Assembly: GCA_013265495.1 (NCBI GenBank)
Contig: MU058714.1
Coordinates: 1,862,001 to 1,922,000 of the forward strand
DNA: 60,000 nucleotides
Direction of reading: 5' to 3'
Source of the DNA: Vicugna vicugna
Taxonomy: Eukaryota
Shown here: piece after piece, positions 39,101 through 54,100 of the stretch
Layout: every line of letters starts with the position of its first letter
How positions within the stretch are numbered: the stretch's first letter is position 1
Position numbers and translations under genes: made by a program
Notes under the pieces: generated by a model
Seen by the model: only the letters and a program-made list of their open reading frames with translations
Told to the model about the DNA's origin: nothing
The model's database searches: none

Positions 39101-42100
39101 CAGGGGCTCAACTGAAGCCTGGGACACGGCCCTCCTCACGCCCCGCATCTGTTTTCCTGCATCACTGAGAGTAGTTGACAGGCAGAGCCACAAAGACAAA
39201 GGCGACACTGGTGACAACAGGGCATGACCCCTTTGCCACAGCGCTCAAGGAGCCTCCGGCCACATTCCCCTCCCCAGTGCAGGCACTGTGATGGTGGTGA
39301 GCCAGCGCTGAGCCCTTCTGACAGCGGCTCGTGTCCCATCCCCGCACGCCTAGTGTGGAGGATACGCCTCCCCGGTTCACACAGGCCCCCTTCCCCACGG
39401 GTGAGGCCTGGCGATCTCTGTGCTGGGTCTGCCCCCTCACCACGATGCACCGGGAGCCTGAGGTCCACCTCCCAGAACAGAGCTCAGAGCCGAGGGCAAG
39501 TCCCTGGCTTGCACATAGGTGTGAGGACCACAAATGGGAAGAACAGAGTGGAAGGCTCCAGGTGTGTTTACCCTGGAATCACAGACTGTCCTCCGAGGCC
39601 ACCTGTCCCGTGTGACTGTCACCTTTTCCTTTGTGTCACAGGTCCGCACCACGCGCAGCCCTGGGCACCTGAACTTGCTCCCCTTCTCTCAGCCCCTGAG
39701 TTTCAGGACAAAGTAAAAGCACCTGTGGGGAGGCCAGATGGCAAGACGCCTGGTCTCAGGTGCGGGCAGGTGATGGGAAGGTCTCGAGTTCAGAGGATGT
39801 CTTTACGTCCTCAGAGCACAGCTGAGACAGCAGAGCCACGCTGGATCACAGCCCGACTTTAGAGGAAGGCCCAGAACCCTGCTTCTGAGTCCAAGCAGCC
39901 TTCAGGGGAGAGGCCTGGACCGACCTCCTCTCAGACACACACAACGCCAGGAAGAGGTGTGTCCTGGGGCCCGCTCGGCAGAGGCCAGGGACACCCCGCA
40001 GCACGTCCTGCTGGGCGAGGCTGCGGCCAGGCAGACCTGCTGCACGTGCTCTGCGGCACAGTCACGTGTGCCTCCCAGGGCACGAGAACCTCAGAGCGCT
40101 GGAGGTCACTCTGCCAGAGGCTGTCCCCTGGGGCCGGGGTCAGGCTCCCCAGGCATGGAGCTCACAGGCTGAGCTGCAATTTGGACGGTGCTTTGATTTT
40201 TTAACTAGTTGCCAATATTCAAAAGCTGAAACCTTCCATATAAAACACAAGATATCCAGCATCTCTTAAAGAAACGGAAAGATCTGGCTCGTTGGGCCTA
40301 CACTGCCAGGGAGGGGCAGCTGTGGGCTGGCATCGCCAGCTGCCTCTGCTGGACAGGCCAGCCGGCCAGCCCCCAGCCCCGTGTCAGCACTGCCAGGGAG
40401 GCAGACACCTGCTGCCTGGCACCCGGACACTGACAGCTGGACTCTCCTCAGCCAGGTGGGCTGAGGGGCTGGAGCCAGGCGGCTTGGATTCTGGTTGTGA
40501 CTCAGGAACTGGGGGCTGTGTGACCCTGGGCAACCTGTCCAGCATCTCCAGGCCTGGACGTCTTGGTCTGATGTTGAGGGCTGGCCTCCAGGAGCTCCTG
40601 GGCAAGGTACCCAGCATGGTGGACGGAGGCCTGGGCTAACAGCTACGGTGGCGCCGTGTGAGCAAGCGCGGGGCTGAGAACAGGAGGTGGCTTCCCAGGC
40701 CCTCAGATCAAGAGCAGCCCGGCAGCTGCGGTTCAGGTGCCACCTGTGCAGTGAGATCTGCAGAGAAAAGTTCTCTCACACACAGGGGGGTTAAAAATAA
40801 CTGCGGATCAGCAGCCAGTTAACAGGCTCATGCAGGTCTCATCTTACAAAGCCTATGCAACCCTTGTTAAAGGGAAAAAAGTTAATTTTGGAAGAAAATG
40901 GAATTTTCAAAAGAACAAAAATTTAAAGAAGAAAGCCCTAACACTGTACTCTTGAAAAGCTTTATCCCCTCTCGTTCCCTCATCCCTGGGGGAGGCAGGT
41001 GGGGGACACCCCAGAGAAAGCGGGTCTCCCCAGACCCCGCAGCAGAAGCCGGGTGCTGCACTGCTCAGAATGCAGCGGGGAAGGCGGTCGGCCCCTGGGG
41101 CAGGCCCAGTGGTGCCTGTCTTTCTGCGGGAGGCCGCGTTCCTCCCGAACTCCTGCCCACTATCCGTGTGACCCCAGGGACAACCTTGGCCCCTCCTGAC
41201 ATCCGCCCAGAGCCCTGAGGAGGAGGCGGGGGTGGAATGCCGGCTGGGACTTGGGAATTCTGACTACCTGGCCTTGGGAGGTGACTCGGTGCCCTGGGCC
41301 TTGGTGTCCTCACTTGAAGACGGGGACCCAGTGGCTGGAGTGCCTTGGTTTGCCGTGAGGAGTAGGGCCTTCGCTCTGGTGAGCCTCCAGCTGGACTCCC
41401 CTCTTTGAGAAATCGCTCAGTGGCCGTATTTATTATGGTAACAACCGGTATCCAGCCCCTCCCTCCCCTGAGCCCAGTCCCCTCCCCAGAGCAGGCCTGC
41501 CGCCCCTTCGGAGCACTTTCCTACCCTCCTGTGCCCCAACTTCACGACCACGTGAACACGCATCTTCTCCCGCTGCAGGCTTTCACGGTCACCTTGGAAA
41601 AGGGTGCAAACCTGAACAACCCACAGACCACACAGAAAGTGGCCAACCTCACCCACAATTTGAAAACTGCAAAATAAAATCAATGATGAAATACCATGTT
41701 TCACCTATCAGATAGGCAAACAGGAAAATGCCCGACGAAGACCCGCCAGTGCTGGAGCGAGGATAGGTGCTCTGCCCCACGGCCGTGGACGTGAATTGAG
41801 CCAACGCCTGCAGGGAGATTTGGTAACACCCTCAGAGCTCAAACCACCCACACCTCTGACCCAGCAATTTCAGGTTTAGACTCTCACCAGATCACGCCAT
41901 CCCAGGAGCTCCCCGCAGGCACCGCAAGCTCACTGCAGCGCTGCTGAAGCTGAAGACTGCCAGGGACCCCAGCGTCCCTGAACGCAAGGCAGGCTGACAT
42001 GGCGGGCCACTCGGCTGCCGCAGGACCTCTCTGCTCCGCGTCCACTGCTGCAGAGCGACGCCGCAGAGGCTCAGAAGTGGGAAGAAGACACACACGCACA

Positions 42101-45100
42101 TTTCAACACACCCTCTACAGCCAGGGTGGCGTGCGGGCCCGTCCGAGGGGAGCGGGGAGCTGGACGGACAGCCAGGTGGACAGGGGATGGGAGGAGGAGG
42201 CCGACTGTCACTTGGAGCCCCCTGCACTGTTTTAGTTTCTTAGCCACGTGGGGCATCACTCCTGCTGGACGGGTCTTCAGCCCCTCTGTGCCAGGGGACG
42301 TGCCACACGGTGCCGAGTGGGGCCACCTGCACGTGCAGCGGGGACACATGGGAGGCTGATGACTCCCACAGCCCCTGGGACAGACCCACCAATAAATGCC
42401 CTCCAAGAAGGCCGAGCGGCCCAGCCTTGCCCCTCAAGGGCTGCCTGGCCTCGAGGTCAGATGCCTGTCTTTTCTGGTGCCGCCCGGGCTGTGTCCGCCC
42501 TCACGGTGCACCTGCTCAGCCTGGATGACTGACCTTTGCCACATGGGAAATATCTTTCTAGTTGGGTTAGTTATGAGGTTAAAAAAGAAGTATCTTAGAA
42601 ATCAGGATTTTTAGGTCACATTTAAGGTTATCACCTTCTAGTCGTTTGTAAATAGTTCCAATTCTGTGTATTTTCAGGTTTGATTTGAAGGCATTTAACT
42701 GCGCCCGGCCGCGGTGGAGCGCGTGGTCAGAGGTGGGAAGCGGGGGAGAGGCCCACACCCGCCCTCGGCTCCGACATGCCTCTGCCCTGCGCCCTGGTGT
42801 CTAGCCTGGGCCCACGGTTTGCCAGAGCAGCCGATGTGGATGAGGGCTGGGCCTCACTCCACCCTCTTCCCAAGCATGTTACTGCTCTAGATAGTGCAAA
42901 ATCTAGTTTCTTAGCTTCAAGGAAAACTCTGTGCCTCTTTCGTTAGACTTGCACTCACGGGTTGCTTCAGTTTGGAGAAAACAGCTATCCTCCAACGTCT
43001 GAGTCACAATCTTCAAGACGGCCCTGCCAGTGATTTTTGCTCAGTCAGCAGCTGTCAGTCCACAGTTCTTCTAGTCGGGCGTCTATGATGTCCAGCGGAA
43101 CATGAGCACAGTTCAAAAGCTCCTCACCGGGAACCTGGGGGATCCAATTTTCTCAAGCAGCTGACTTCAGGACTATCACATGTTTGGGGTCGGGGAAGAC
43201 GGGTCTGCCTGGCTCTGAATTTCAGGCACCCTCTAAATATGCATTCAGTTCAAATCATTTACTCCTAAGCTCGTCACACCCTAGACCAGTGCTGATCATC
43301 ACCAATTCCTAAGATAAAAAGGTTTGACTGTTACTAGGTTTTTCATAGTTTATTTAGCAGCTCTGTCTTGCAGTTCCTTCCACAGATCTAACAAGTAGTT
43401 AGTTCTGTGAGTAAAGGAAACCACAGTTACTCTGTGAGGCATTGACAGTGATGCAGGTCTACGGAAGACGTATCTCTCTAATACTTAACACTTCCATCCA
43501 GGAAGAGTCTGTTTCTTCAAATCTTACACGCTTTGGAAAATGCAGCGTATTTTCTCTAATCACAGGTGCTTCCTGAGCCTTGGGTCCTTGGGTGGTGGAG
43601 CTGGGCCTGGCTGGGCTCCCACTCTCCCGGGTTATCTCCCTCCATGTCCTGCCTGAGCTGGCCAGGGGTCAGGGGTCAAGGAAGACACCCCCCCCCCCCC
43701 AGTTCTCCCAGCAGACGAAACCAAATGAAGATAAAGGAGGCCAGTGCTGAGGGGGAGGGGGAGCCAGGTGAGGGGTTAAGCCTCGGAGGAGGTGAGGGCT
43801 TCAGGGGAGAGGCAGGTGCAGGGAGAGGAAGGTGGAGGGTGCCCACGTGTGGTGGAGGTCCGCAGGTGGGGGCAGGAGGGAGCTGGGCTGCACGTGTGGG
43901 AAGGAGGAGGGACAGGGTGGGAGTCCCTAAGCCACTGCTGCCAGGAAGTAAGGCGGGGGCAGGGGACTGTCCGATGAGAAGATGAGAAGAACAACGGTGA
44001 GAGGAGGCTGGGCCTGGAGCGGCCACACCCCTTGGACCATGGATTCAGGAGGTTGGAGGAGGGGGCTGCGGTGGCCACAGGGTCTGGGGTCTGGGTTCCG
44101 TCCAACCGGTGCTGTCAGGCTGGGGCCCCACCTTGAGATGGGGCTGCAGCAGGACTTGGCCAGGCCTGCGGGGGCGCGGCGGGGGCGGCTCGGGTCCCAC
44201 CTCAAAACCAAGAGGAGTGGGGCCTGTGTTACTGCAGACGCCACACTAAGTGCGAAGTTCCTGGGCCCTGCCCTCCGCTCAGCCTGTGGCCTGAGTTCCT
44301 GCCGCCTCACAAGGCGCTTCTGCTTCCTATGAACTGAAGTGTGTCCGGGGGGAGGGTGCAGGTCAGCAGGAGCGCGCGTGCTAGGTGGGCGCCAGGTCTT
44401 GGGTTCGACCCCCAGCACCTCCTCTCAAGATGAACAAGTAAATACACAGGCCTGCCCCCCACAAATACACAAGTGAAAAGAAGCAACTCTCAGACGCGGA
44501 GAGGCCACCACCTCATGAGGGCAGAGGCCCCGATGACGGTGACGGGGGCCTGTGGTGCGGCGGGGGGGGGGGCAGGGGGAAGCGGCGCCGGCCTCGGTGG
44601 GGTGGCTGATGGGGCCCAAACCTCCGACAAAGCAACGCCCTCGGCAAGTCACGGTGACGCGGCAGCAAGCGCACCAGGCAGCGGCGTGGTGGGGGCCGGT
44701 CGCCAGGAGCTGATCTGGGAGAGACTCTGGGCTTCACACGGCGCCCCCTCCGCCCTCCCACCACACCTAGTCTCACGTGGCCCCCACAAAGGTGGCCCCC
44801 AGATGGATATTCCTGAGACCCTCACGGTTGACCATAGGGTGGGCGAGCTCCCAGTGGCCAAGGACACGCCCCGGCCACCTGTCCTAGGGTCGTACCGTAC
44901 ACAGCGCACCAAGCCCTTGGGCAGCAATGGTCCCCGTGGCCCGTGGACCCCACTCAGAGTACGCCTGGTCCCCGTGACGCGGAGCTAGGGGACGCAGTCT
45001 GTCCCTGGGAGACGCTCAGGGCGCGGGATTTACAGACCCCTAAGCCCCGCTCACTCTGCGGCAGGTCAGCCTGAGAGCCACCCCACACCATCCTTGGGCA

Positions 45101-48100
45101 GCGGCGCCTACCTGGAGCTGCGTCATCCGGAGAGGTGAGGCCGGAAGGGCTGGATCCCAGGTCGAGTAACTTCCAGGTGTCTTGGAGGGAACTGCTGGCA
45201 ACTGATGAGGACCCTTGGGTATGGGGGCCACGTTCCTCCTGGAATTCCTGAGCCAGGCGTGGCTTTGGGGACTGGTTTTCTTTCTGAGGAGTCGATCTGC
45301 AAGTCACTGTGGGGACTGGGTGCTGCCTCTGAAAGTCAGAGAAGAGAATTACCCCAGAAAGCCACCCTCTCTCCAGCCTGAGAAGGCAACAGGGCTCCCA
45401 GCCCCCTGGGGCGAGGTGATCCCGGGGGGACTGGACCAACGCCCTGAGGCCCCGTCTCTGCAGCCACACCCAGGAGGGCCCTTGAGGGGCCTGTGTGCTC
45501 CCTCCACCAATGCACCACTGGGACCCACCCGCAGAGGCCCCATCATCCCCAGGGAGGCGCCTGGTGACCGAAGCACTGTCACTCGGGGCAGTGGCCACCC
45601 TCTGACCCTGAGCGCTCTGGGTCTGGGTGAGTCCTGCCCAGGGATGCCACACAGAGACCCTGGTCCTGGTGGGTCCTGCATACCTGCCTGGGCCTTGCCA
45701 CGCAGCCTGGCCCAGTGTCCTTTCTGCAGACTGTCTGTGCCAAGTGAGCTTGGCTCTTTCCCACGCATTCAGAGAAACATTCTCTCTTGGCATTCTTAGA
45801 GTCCTGGCATGGGTGTTTAAATAAAGGAAGTTGAGTGTTCGTGGGTCACTGATGGGGTGTGTTAGGAAGAAATGCTACTCCCCAGATTTCTGGTATAGGG
45901 ACTTACCGGGCTCTGTGACAAGCCAGAGAGGGTGGTGAGGCCTCCGGGGGTCCACCAGCCAGGACGGGCGTGATGGCCTCTAAGTCACCCCCACCCTCCC
46001 AGGAGACCGGGCTTTTGCACAGCACACAATCCTTTCCCCGGTGCCCAGGAAGACAATTTTAAAAGATGCATTTTTAACCTAGCATACTGGCAAAGATTCC
46101 AAAAATAAATACCTAGGTGGGGAAAACTATCTAATTAAACATACATATGATACAGTTTGTAATTTAGTAAAATAGCAGGAAATGCACTGAAATGTTACTG
46201 GTAACTATGCTGGAGTGCTGAAAGTTGGAAGCTTTTAAAATTGTGTTAGACATACAGGTGGCCAACAGGCACATGAAAAGAAGCTCAACATCGCTAACTA
46301 TTAGAGAAACCCAAACCAAAACCACAATGAGGTAACACCTCACACCAGTCAGAATGGCCATCACTCAAAAGTCCACAAATGACAAATGCTGGAGAGGCTG
46401 TGGAGAAAAGGGAACCCTCCTACACTGCTGGTGGGAGTGCAGTTTGGTGCAGCCACTGTGGAAAACAGTATGGAGGTTCCTCAAAAGACTAGGAATAGAC
46501 TTACCATAGGACCCAGGAATCCCACTCCTGGGCTTGTATCCAGAGGGAACTCTAATTTGAAAAGACACCTGCACCCCAGTGTTCATAGCAGCAATATTTA
46601 CAACAGCCAAGACATGGAAGCAACCTAAGTGTCCATCAACAGATGACTGGATAAAGATGAGTTGTGGTATTACAGTGGAATACTACTCAGCCATAAAAAG
46701 AATGAAATAATGCCATTTGCAGCAACATGGATGGACCTAGAGATGATCACACTAAGTCAGTCAGACAAAGACAAATACATGATATCACTTAGATGTGGAA
46801 ACTAAAATATGACACAAATGAATTTATTTACAAAGCAGAAACAGACTCACAGACACAGAAAACAAACTTATGTTACCAAAGGGGAAAAGGGGGTGAGGGA
46901 GGGATAAATTAGGAGTTTGGGATTAACAGACACACACTACTTTATACAAAACAGACAGACAGCAGATCTAGCTGTATGGCACAAGGGACTCTCTGGTGTC
47001 TTGTAACGAGCTTGAGTAAGGAAGAACATGTATACACACGTGTACACAGCTGAATCACCATGCTGCGCACCAGAAACTAGCGCAGTGTTGCAAATCAACT
47101 ACACTTCAACTAAGAAAAAACACATATAGTGAAAGAAATAAAATTGTGTTTACTATCCTTTGAAGTTTCTCCACTGAAAATGCAATACTTAAGTAATTAA
47201 TAAAAGTTGTTAAAAATACGTTTCTTAGTTAAAGGAGTGTTACCTGAGTTGTGAGGTGGGGTTGCAACTGTCCCAGGGGTGGGTCGGGCGCCTCACCTGG
47301 GCCCTGGGCCTCAGGGGTGGGAAGGGGGTGACGAGGCGGTTTCCCTAGAAACGAGATGAGGGAAAGGGTCTGTCCTCTGTGTGCACATCGCTTCTGGGAC
47401 TCTCCCAAACACCCGAGAAGAAGGGCGTGTGCCCCTCCAGGACTACAGAGGGCGCAGGGGAGGACAACTGGGGGCGTGTGACCTGGCGGCACTTCAGCAG
47501 AACTCGCGAACACCCAGAAACCTTCCACAGCGGCGCACACACCCCAGCAGCCCCTGAGAGTGACGGGCACATCCATTCAAGGGCCCAGAGCACACCTTCC
47601 CTGCAGCAGAGGGGAAAAAAGGAGCACAAGTTTGTCAACTGGACGGTGAGTCTTGCGCTCAGTGCTTCCACGTCCTGCCTTACTCAGAAATGGTACAGGC
47701 ATCAAACGAACATTCGTTAACTCAACCTAAAAATCTTGGAATTTATCTTGAGGCTGACGTCCCACAAGGAACAATCACCGCTGAAATCGCATTTCTCAGA
47801 ACAGATCCGCTTGGCTACAAACAGTAGTGAGGGCTCCAGGAGTTCTCCGCCTGTGGGTTACGTGAAAACCAATACAGGGAAGGCAGACGGGGGCTCGCAC
47901 GCGTCCCGCTCACACCGGTGCCCAGCCCAGCAGCGAGGCCCCGCCTCTCCCTTCCTCACCTGCGCCCTAAAGGTCTTTACAGTTACAGTCCCCTCTGCTT
48001 CTTTTTGAATGTTTTCTTGTCACGCTTGCCTGAGCTGACAAGCACCGCTTCTCAGGCACCCGTGATCCCAGCTTAGCGCTCAGATCTCCACACAGCCCCT

Positions 48101-51100
48101 GATCCTACCCTTCTCAAAACAGAGCCCTGACTGTGAAAGAAGGTAAAATGTACAGGGTACCCTTTTCACCCTAAAATTATCCTTGAGATTTCCCAGAGGG
48201 CCCTGGAAAATCACAAAGATCTGTCCTTATAAAAAGAGGCATATAATACCCTTTAATGAAAGGAACATGAAAATACACACACAATGCTGCACACGAGGAA
48301 CTGACGCGTTGCAACTGGCTGTACTTCAAAAAGAGAGGGGTGTGGGAAATAATTAGGTCTATTAATGTGTTACGGTCGCTGAGTTTCACAAGAGGGATTG
48401 CTGGATCAGACGAGGTGCTCGGGCCACCCCACTTCATGTCACATCTGTCAGTAAAATGTTACTCATAGAGCAGATCTGAGGGATTTCCTGGCACTCTGTC
48501 GGGGCCCTGGCTGCTTCCATGTCCGTCCTCATCAGGGTCCTGAAGGGCTCGCCTGGCCTCGTGAGAAAACACGGGTGCAGCGCCTAGAGCTGAAAACTCA
48601 GTTACTGCTCTAAGTGTGAACCTGGTGACAGCCTGATTTCGCTCAAGGGAACCCAGCATCTTCCAGGCCAGGCGTTCACAGCTGGGGCTCCGCATCGCTC
48701 CATTGCCATGCCGACCGTCAGGACCAGCTGCTCCACGATTCCTGACTCTCCACTTGATATTCTTGGTGTATTCACAGTGCATTGTTTCAGGATTATTTTC
48801 TGTTCTATCTTACGAATTTTTCCTCTATAAAAATTACGCTCATCCATTTTTATGTCAGATACACTGCTCACGGTCTTCTTTGGAAACAGGCATAGACGTC
48901 GTAGATTAACTTTATCTGAGACTTCTCTCAAGGACTAACTTTGTCTTGCAGGACACGGAAACAGCCAGCTGCAGCAGTTTTGAGTAATGCCGTTCGCAGT
49001 TGTGTTACTCTGGTTATGAACCCTCGCCAGACCCTTCCCTTTGAAAATGATCAGGAGGAAGTCAGCCACCGCCGTGTTAAAGCCCTGTCATCCACGTGGA
49101 GAAAAAATGTTGCCTCCCATTTCGGGAAACAAAGAACGTTGCCTGCCACCGAAGCACGAACCAGCCCCCAGCTGTGGGCCCTGAGGGGACACAGGATGGA
49201 GGAAAACAGGATGCTGGCCCCAGAGAGCTAAGAGGAGATCAAAGGAAGGGTTTCGGTGGGCCCAGAGTCTCGCCAACTTCCCGTACCAAGAAGGGCGCTC
49301 AGATCGTCACCTGGAGATGTCTGCTTTTTTGTGATTTGCAGTAATCTTTCGGTGTCCAACTATATGGGTCTTTTTTTTTTTTTTTCCAGCAAAAATTCCT
49401 ATACACCCTGTCTCCTCCTTTACCTCCTTGGAATAGTCCCGCAGAGCTATCCGAGAGGCTATCTCCCGGGCTGTAGCCCTCATTGTTGTCCTCAAATAAA
49501 ACATAATTCTCAGCCTTTAGGTTGTGTGTTTTTATTCAGTCAACATCTACAAAGAGTTTCTGTTTTACTTTAATGAGAAAAAGAAAAAGAAAAAGAGACG
49601 GGAAAAAAGAGAAAAGAGAGCAAGCCGGGCTGCCGGGCCAGTGTGCTTGTCCTCAGCCAGGCCCATCTCAGGCCCTTGGGGAAGCACGCTGGGGCCAGCT
49701 CCTGGCGGACTGGTGAGGCCACTCTGAGACCATCCAGTGGACAGAGTCAGGATTTCCATAACTCTGGTCAAGAAGCAGATGGAATGAAGCTAGAACACTC
49801 CCTTACACCATACACAAAAATAAACTCAAAGTGGATCAAAGACATAAGACAAGGTAAAATAAATCTCCTAGAAGAAACTATAGGCAAAACATTATCTGAC
49901 ATACATCTCAGAAATGTTCTCCTAGGGCAGTCTACCCAAGCAATAGAAATAAAAGCAAGAATAAACAAATGGGACCTAATGAAACTTATAAGCTTCTGCA
50001 CAGCAAAGGGAACCATAAGTAAAACAAAACGACAACCTACAGACGGAATGGGAGAAAATTTTTGCAAATGAAACCGACAAAGGCTTGATCTCCAGAATAT
50101 ATAAGGAGCTCATATGACTTAATAAGAAAAAAACAAACAACCCAATCCAAAAGTGGGCAGAAGACCTAAACAAGCAATTCTCCAAGGAAGGCATACAAAT
50201 GATCAATAGGCACATGAAAAAATGCTCAATATCACTAATTATCAGAGAAATGCAAATCAAAACTACAATGAGGTATCACCTCACACCAGTCAGAATGGCC
50301 ATCATTCAAAAGTGCACAAATGACAAATGCTGGAGAGGCTGTGGAGAAAAGGGAACCCTCCTACACTGCTGGTGGGAGTGCAGTTTGGTGCAGCCACTAT
50401 GGAAAACAGTATGGAGATTCCTCAAAAGACTAGGGATAGACTTACCGTATGACCCAGGAATCCCGCTCCTGGGCATATATCCAGAAGGAACCCTACTTCA
50501 AAAAGACACCTGCACCCCAATGTTCACAGCAGCACTATTTACAATAGCCAAGACATGGAAACAGCCTAAATGTCCATCAACGGATGACTGGATAAAGAAG
50601 AGGTGTTATATTTACACAATGGAATACTACTCAGCCATAAAAGACAACATAACGCCATTTGCAGCAACATAGATGATCCTGGAGAACGTCATTCTAAGTA
50701 AAGTAAGCCAGAAAGAGAAAGAAAAATACCATATGAGATCGCTCATATGTGGAATCTAAAAAGAAAAAACAAACCCCATAAATATAAAACAGAAACAGAC
50801 TCACAGACATAGAATACAAACTTGTGGTTGCCAGAGGGGCGGAGGGTGGGAAGGGTCAGACTAGGATTTCAAAATGTTGAGTAGATAAACAAGATTATAC
50901 TGTATATAGCACAGGGAAATATATACAAGATCTTGTGGTAGCTCACAGCGAAAAAAAATGTGACAACGAATATATGTATGTTCATGTATAATTGAAAAAT
51001 TGTGCTCCACATTGGAATTTGACACAACATTGTAAAATGACCCTAACTCAATAAAAAAAAGTTAAAAAAAAGAAAAAAAGCAGCAGCAGCAGCAGCAGCA

Positions 51101-54100
51101 GGTGTGCTGCTGAGACTTGGCCCCAACACTGGACGGCACAAGAACTAACTGCCCAGGACGGAAGGCACTGATGAGGAAGACGCAGCGGTTGTTTGGAACA
51201 CTGTGGGTGTGACTTCAGTGTGCTACCTTCTAGGCATGCAAGGAAACCTTCCTCTTACCTCTTAAGCTGTGTGTAGTCCATAAAAACCTAGCGGTCCCTG
51301 GCTTTGTACGCTAAACTGAAACATTTCTAAGTGATATCTTAGTCTCCCTGCCTGAGTCCCCCAGAGTCCTGTGCGGTGTCCTCGCTCTCCTGGCAATAGA
51401 GCCACTTGCGCAGGTTCACACCTGTCCGTGTTCTCACAAGAACTGGACTGGAAACACGGATTCTGCAGCCGGGGCCCCGCCTGGACGGCCAGATGTGAGA
51501 ATGATCCTGACTGGATCGTCAGGACCCACCGCTTGTCAGCAGCCGATGCCCACAGAGCCCTCCCAGGAGAGCGGCCAGGGACCAGGCTTACAGAGGAAGG
51601 CCGTCTCCCAGCGGGTCCAGGAACCTCAGGATATTTTGGAAACCTCAGGAAAACGGGATTTGCTCAACATCACCGGCCGATGAAACATGGCGAGCTCTTG
51701 GCTTCCGGGACCAAGAAGCTTTCAGAAGTCTGATCTGAAACCCTGACACAAACTTCCAGCAAAGTGAACTCAAGGCCTCTTGCTGCACCTAAGGAAACAG
51801 TCAGGCCCTCGTTTTCTGATCAACAATCACCTCTCTTTGAGTCTGTTTTTTCTTAAATCAAAGGGAAAAAACTGTGCCTCAGTGGAAACGCACCGCCTCC
51901 CGCACAGCCCCGGAGCTGGGAGGGCCTTGCCCTCCCCCGCGCCCTGCGCCCGTGCCTCGTCCCGCAGAGTCTTCCTCGGCTTCCCTCCTTCTTCAGAGAA
52001 ACCAGTTCTGCCTCCTTTCGCAATTCAGGTCCTTTACTCCATTTAAATGGGTGCCCTCTTGACTCTTCCCAGGAACTGGCTGTAACATCCGACTGGTTTG
52101 GTTTCTGTTGTGGAGCTGTGCTCCACTTTTTTCTGAAAGTTACCCCTTCACACTTGGTTTAAAAAAATAACATTAACCATGATTAAACACCGGAAGGGCC
52201 GCTGAGTGACACGCGCCACGGTGAGCTCCGACTGTCGTGAGCACGCCTGCTCTAAGTGGCGTGGTGTGGAAATGGATACAGCGCTGGGATGCAGAGCAGA
52301 CGGAGGCACGGATGGAGACAGGTGCCGTGCAAACTGCAACACAGAGATCACAGCTCTTGGCATTCCAAGTCGACAGGTATCAAAAGCTCAGAATCCTATT
52401 AATCACATTTAACAAGGCTGCCCAATGGCACAGAGTCAAAAGCGGAATTCAGCTCATGCTTAAAGGTAACTGAAGGAGTTCTGAAACCCCCTCTTTCGAA
52501 AATTAACCAAGGGAAACCTCACTAAAACGGGGTCGGGAGGCCAGACGGGGAGCTCTCACGTGTCCCACACGTCAACTCAGATCCCAACAGGGAGGCCAAC
52601 TCGCACCTCCCACAGGAAGCGCCTCACAGCCGCCAGCGGGAGGGAGAAGGCCACTGTCCTGGCCTGGGAGCAGCTCAGCCAACGAAAAGCCACTGCACTT
52701 CCAACTCCCGGCTTCCTCCAATGGGCTCTTTGTTTCCGACAGCCCCTCCCGCCTTCCCCGGCTCCTCTGTAAAAGAGCTTCCTCTCTCCTGCTTCACCCA
52801 GCTTGCATGCGGTTCGCCGTGATTGGATGTCCAAATTAAAGTTCTTTGAGCCTCCTGAATAAACCCATTTTGCTGGTAAAATAGCTGTTTTAGGTAACAT
52901 TACACAGAGGTCCCCCAGAGATGCAGAGCAGACCCCGAAGACCCCCAAAGCTGGCGTGCAAGCAGGCGTGGCACCCAGAGCCCAGCGAGCTTCGCGACTT
53001 TTTTTTTCTCGGCAGCCCTGGAGTTTGAGGGTGAGTGCTCCCAGATCCAAGCTCGTCTTTTTGCGTTTTAGAGATCCCTGGGATCTGTCTAAAGGCTTCA
53101 TCCTTTCCATTAAGGCCCTGCTTTGTCTGTGAGCTCTCACTTGGCACCTCGGCCTGACTTGAAGTCAGGCTGCTCCTCCTGGAACTGTGCTGGCCTTTGG
53201 TCCAGTTCCTTTTGGAACTGGGCCATTCAGCCATTGGCCTGATACCTTTGGGATCAGGCTGGTCCTCCTGGAACTGAGCTGGTATTTGGTCTGCAAGCTG
53301 TTTAATAATTACCCCCTTTGCTTTAGAGAAAACAAAAACAAAAACAAAAACTCTGAAAAACGGGATTCCAGTCATACAGATGTTTCGAGGGCACCCCCCC
53401 ATCCAAGGGTCCCAGCTGATTTTATGTTTAAAAACCACGGTCCCTCTTCATGCACATTTCTAACAAAATGGACTGACTTAGCCCAAAGTAAGTTAGAACA
53501 TCAAAGGCCATCATGGTGAACTTCTGGACTTCTCAAGCTTTTAAAACTGTATTAGACAGCCATGGTAGCGGGGAGGTGGGTGGAGCTCAGTGGCAGAGCG
53601 TGTGCTTAGCATGCACGAGGTCCTGCGTTCAATGCCCAGCACCTGCATTAAAACAAACAAACAAACAAAAAGACAGCCATGGCTCTGAAATCATCAGAAT
53701 TAAATTGGACACCTATTTTGAGACTTCCAAACATTACCAGGAATCTGAAACCGTCTCTCTGCAAATATAACAATTACAATAACTGAGGCAAACAATCAAA
53801 GAAAGACAAAAACACCTCCGAAGCCTCCCGCCCATCTCCCCTGACTGCTCTGGTGTCATCTCTCCGGCCCCCACCCCCTTGCCTCTGCCCTGGGCTCCGC
53901 CACCAGGGCCACCTTCACCCTCAGAACTATCAGAACACGCTCTTTGAAGTGAAACCTTCTGAGGCTCCAAACAAGCCCAGATTACTTATGGCCCCTGATG
54001 AAGGCTGAACCGCCGGACTTACTGGAAGTTTCCTAGAGGAACTGGAGACCCCGATGGGTCTGCTGAAGAATTTATTGTGGTTATTCAAACCTACCAATCT

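Noticed and set aside
30600..42340. Candidate ChoRE (paired E-boxes) at ~30607, ~32030, ~40043-40068 and ~42297
   Set aside because: None has two E-box-like halves with the required 5-nt spacer matching the ChREBP consensus.
48459..48931. Minus-strand ORFs as extra CCDC57 exons
   Set aside because: Flanking CCDC57 exons already join in frame, the peptides do not resemble CCDC57, and the region looks repeat-derived.
50199..50672. 157-aa ORF with a Cys-rich motif as a host gene
   Set aside because: It is the C-terminus of L1 ORF2 in a 5'-truncated element.
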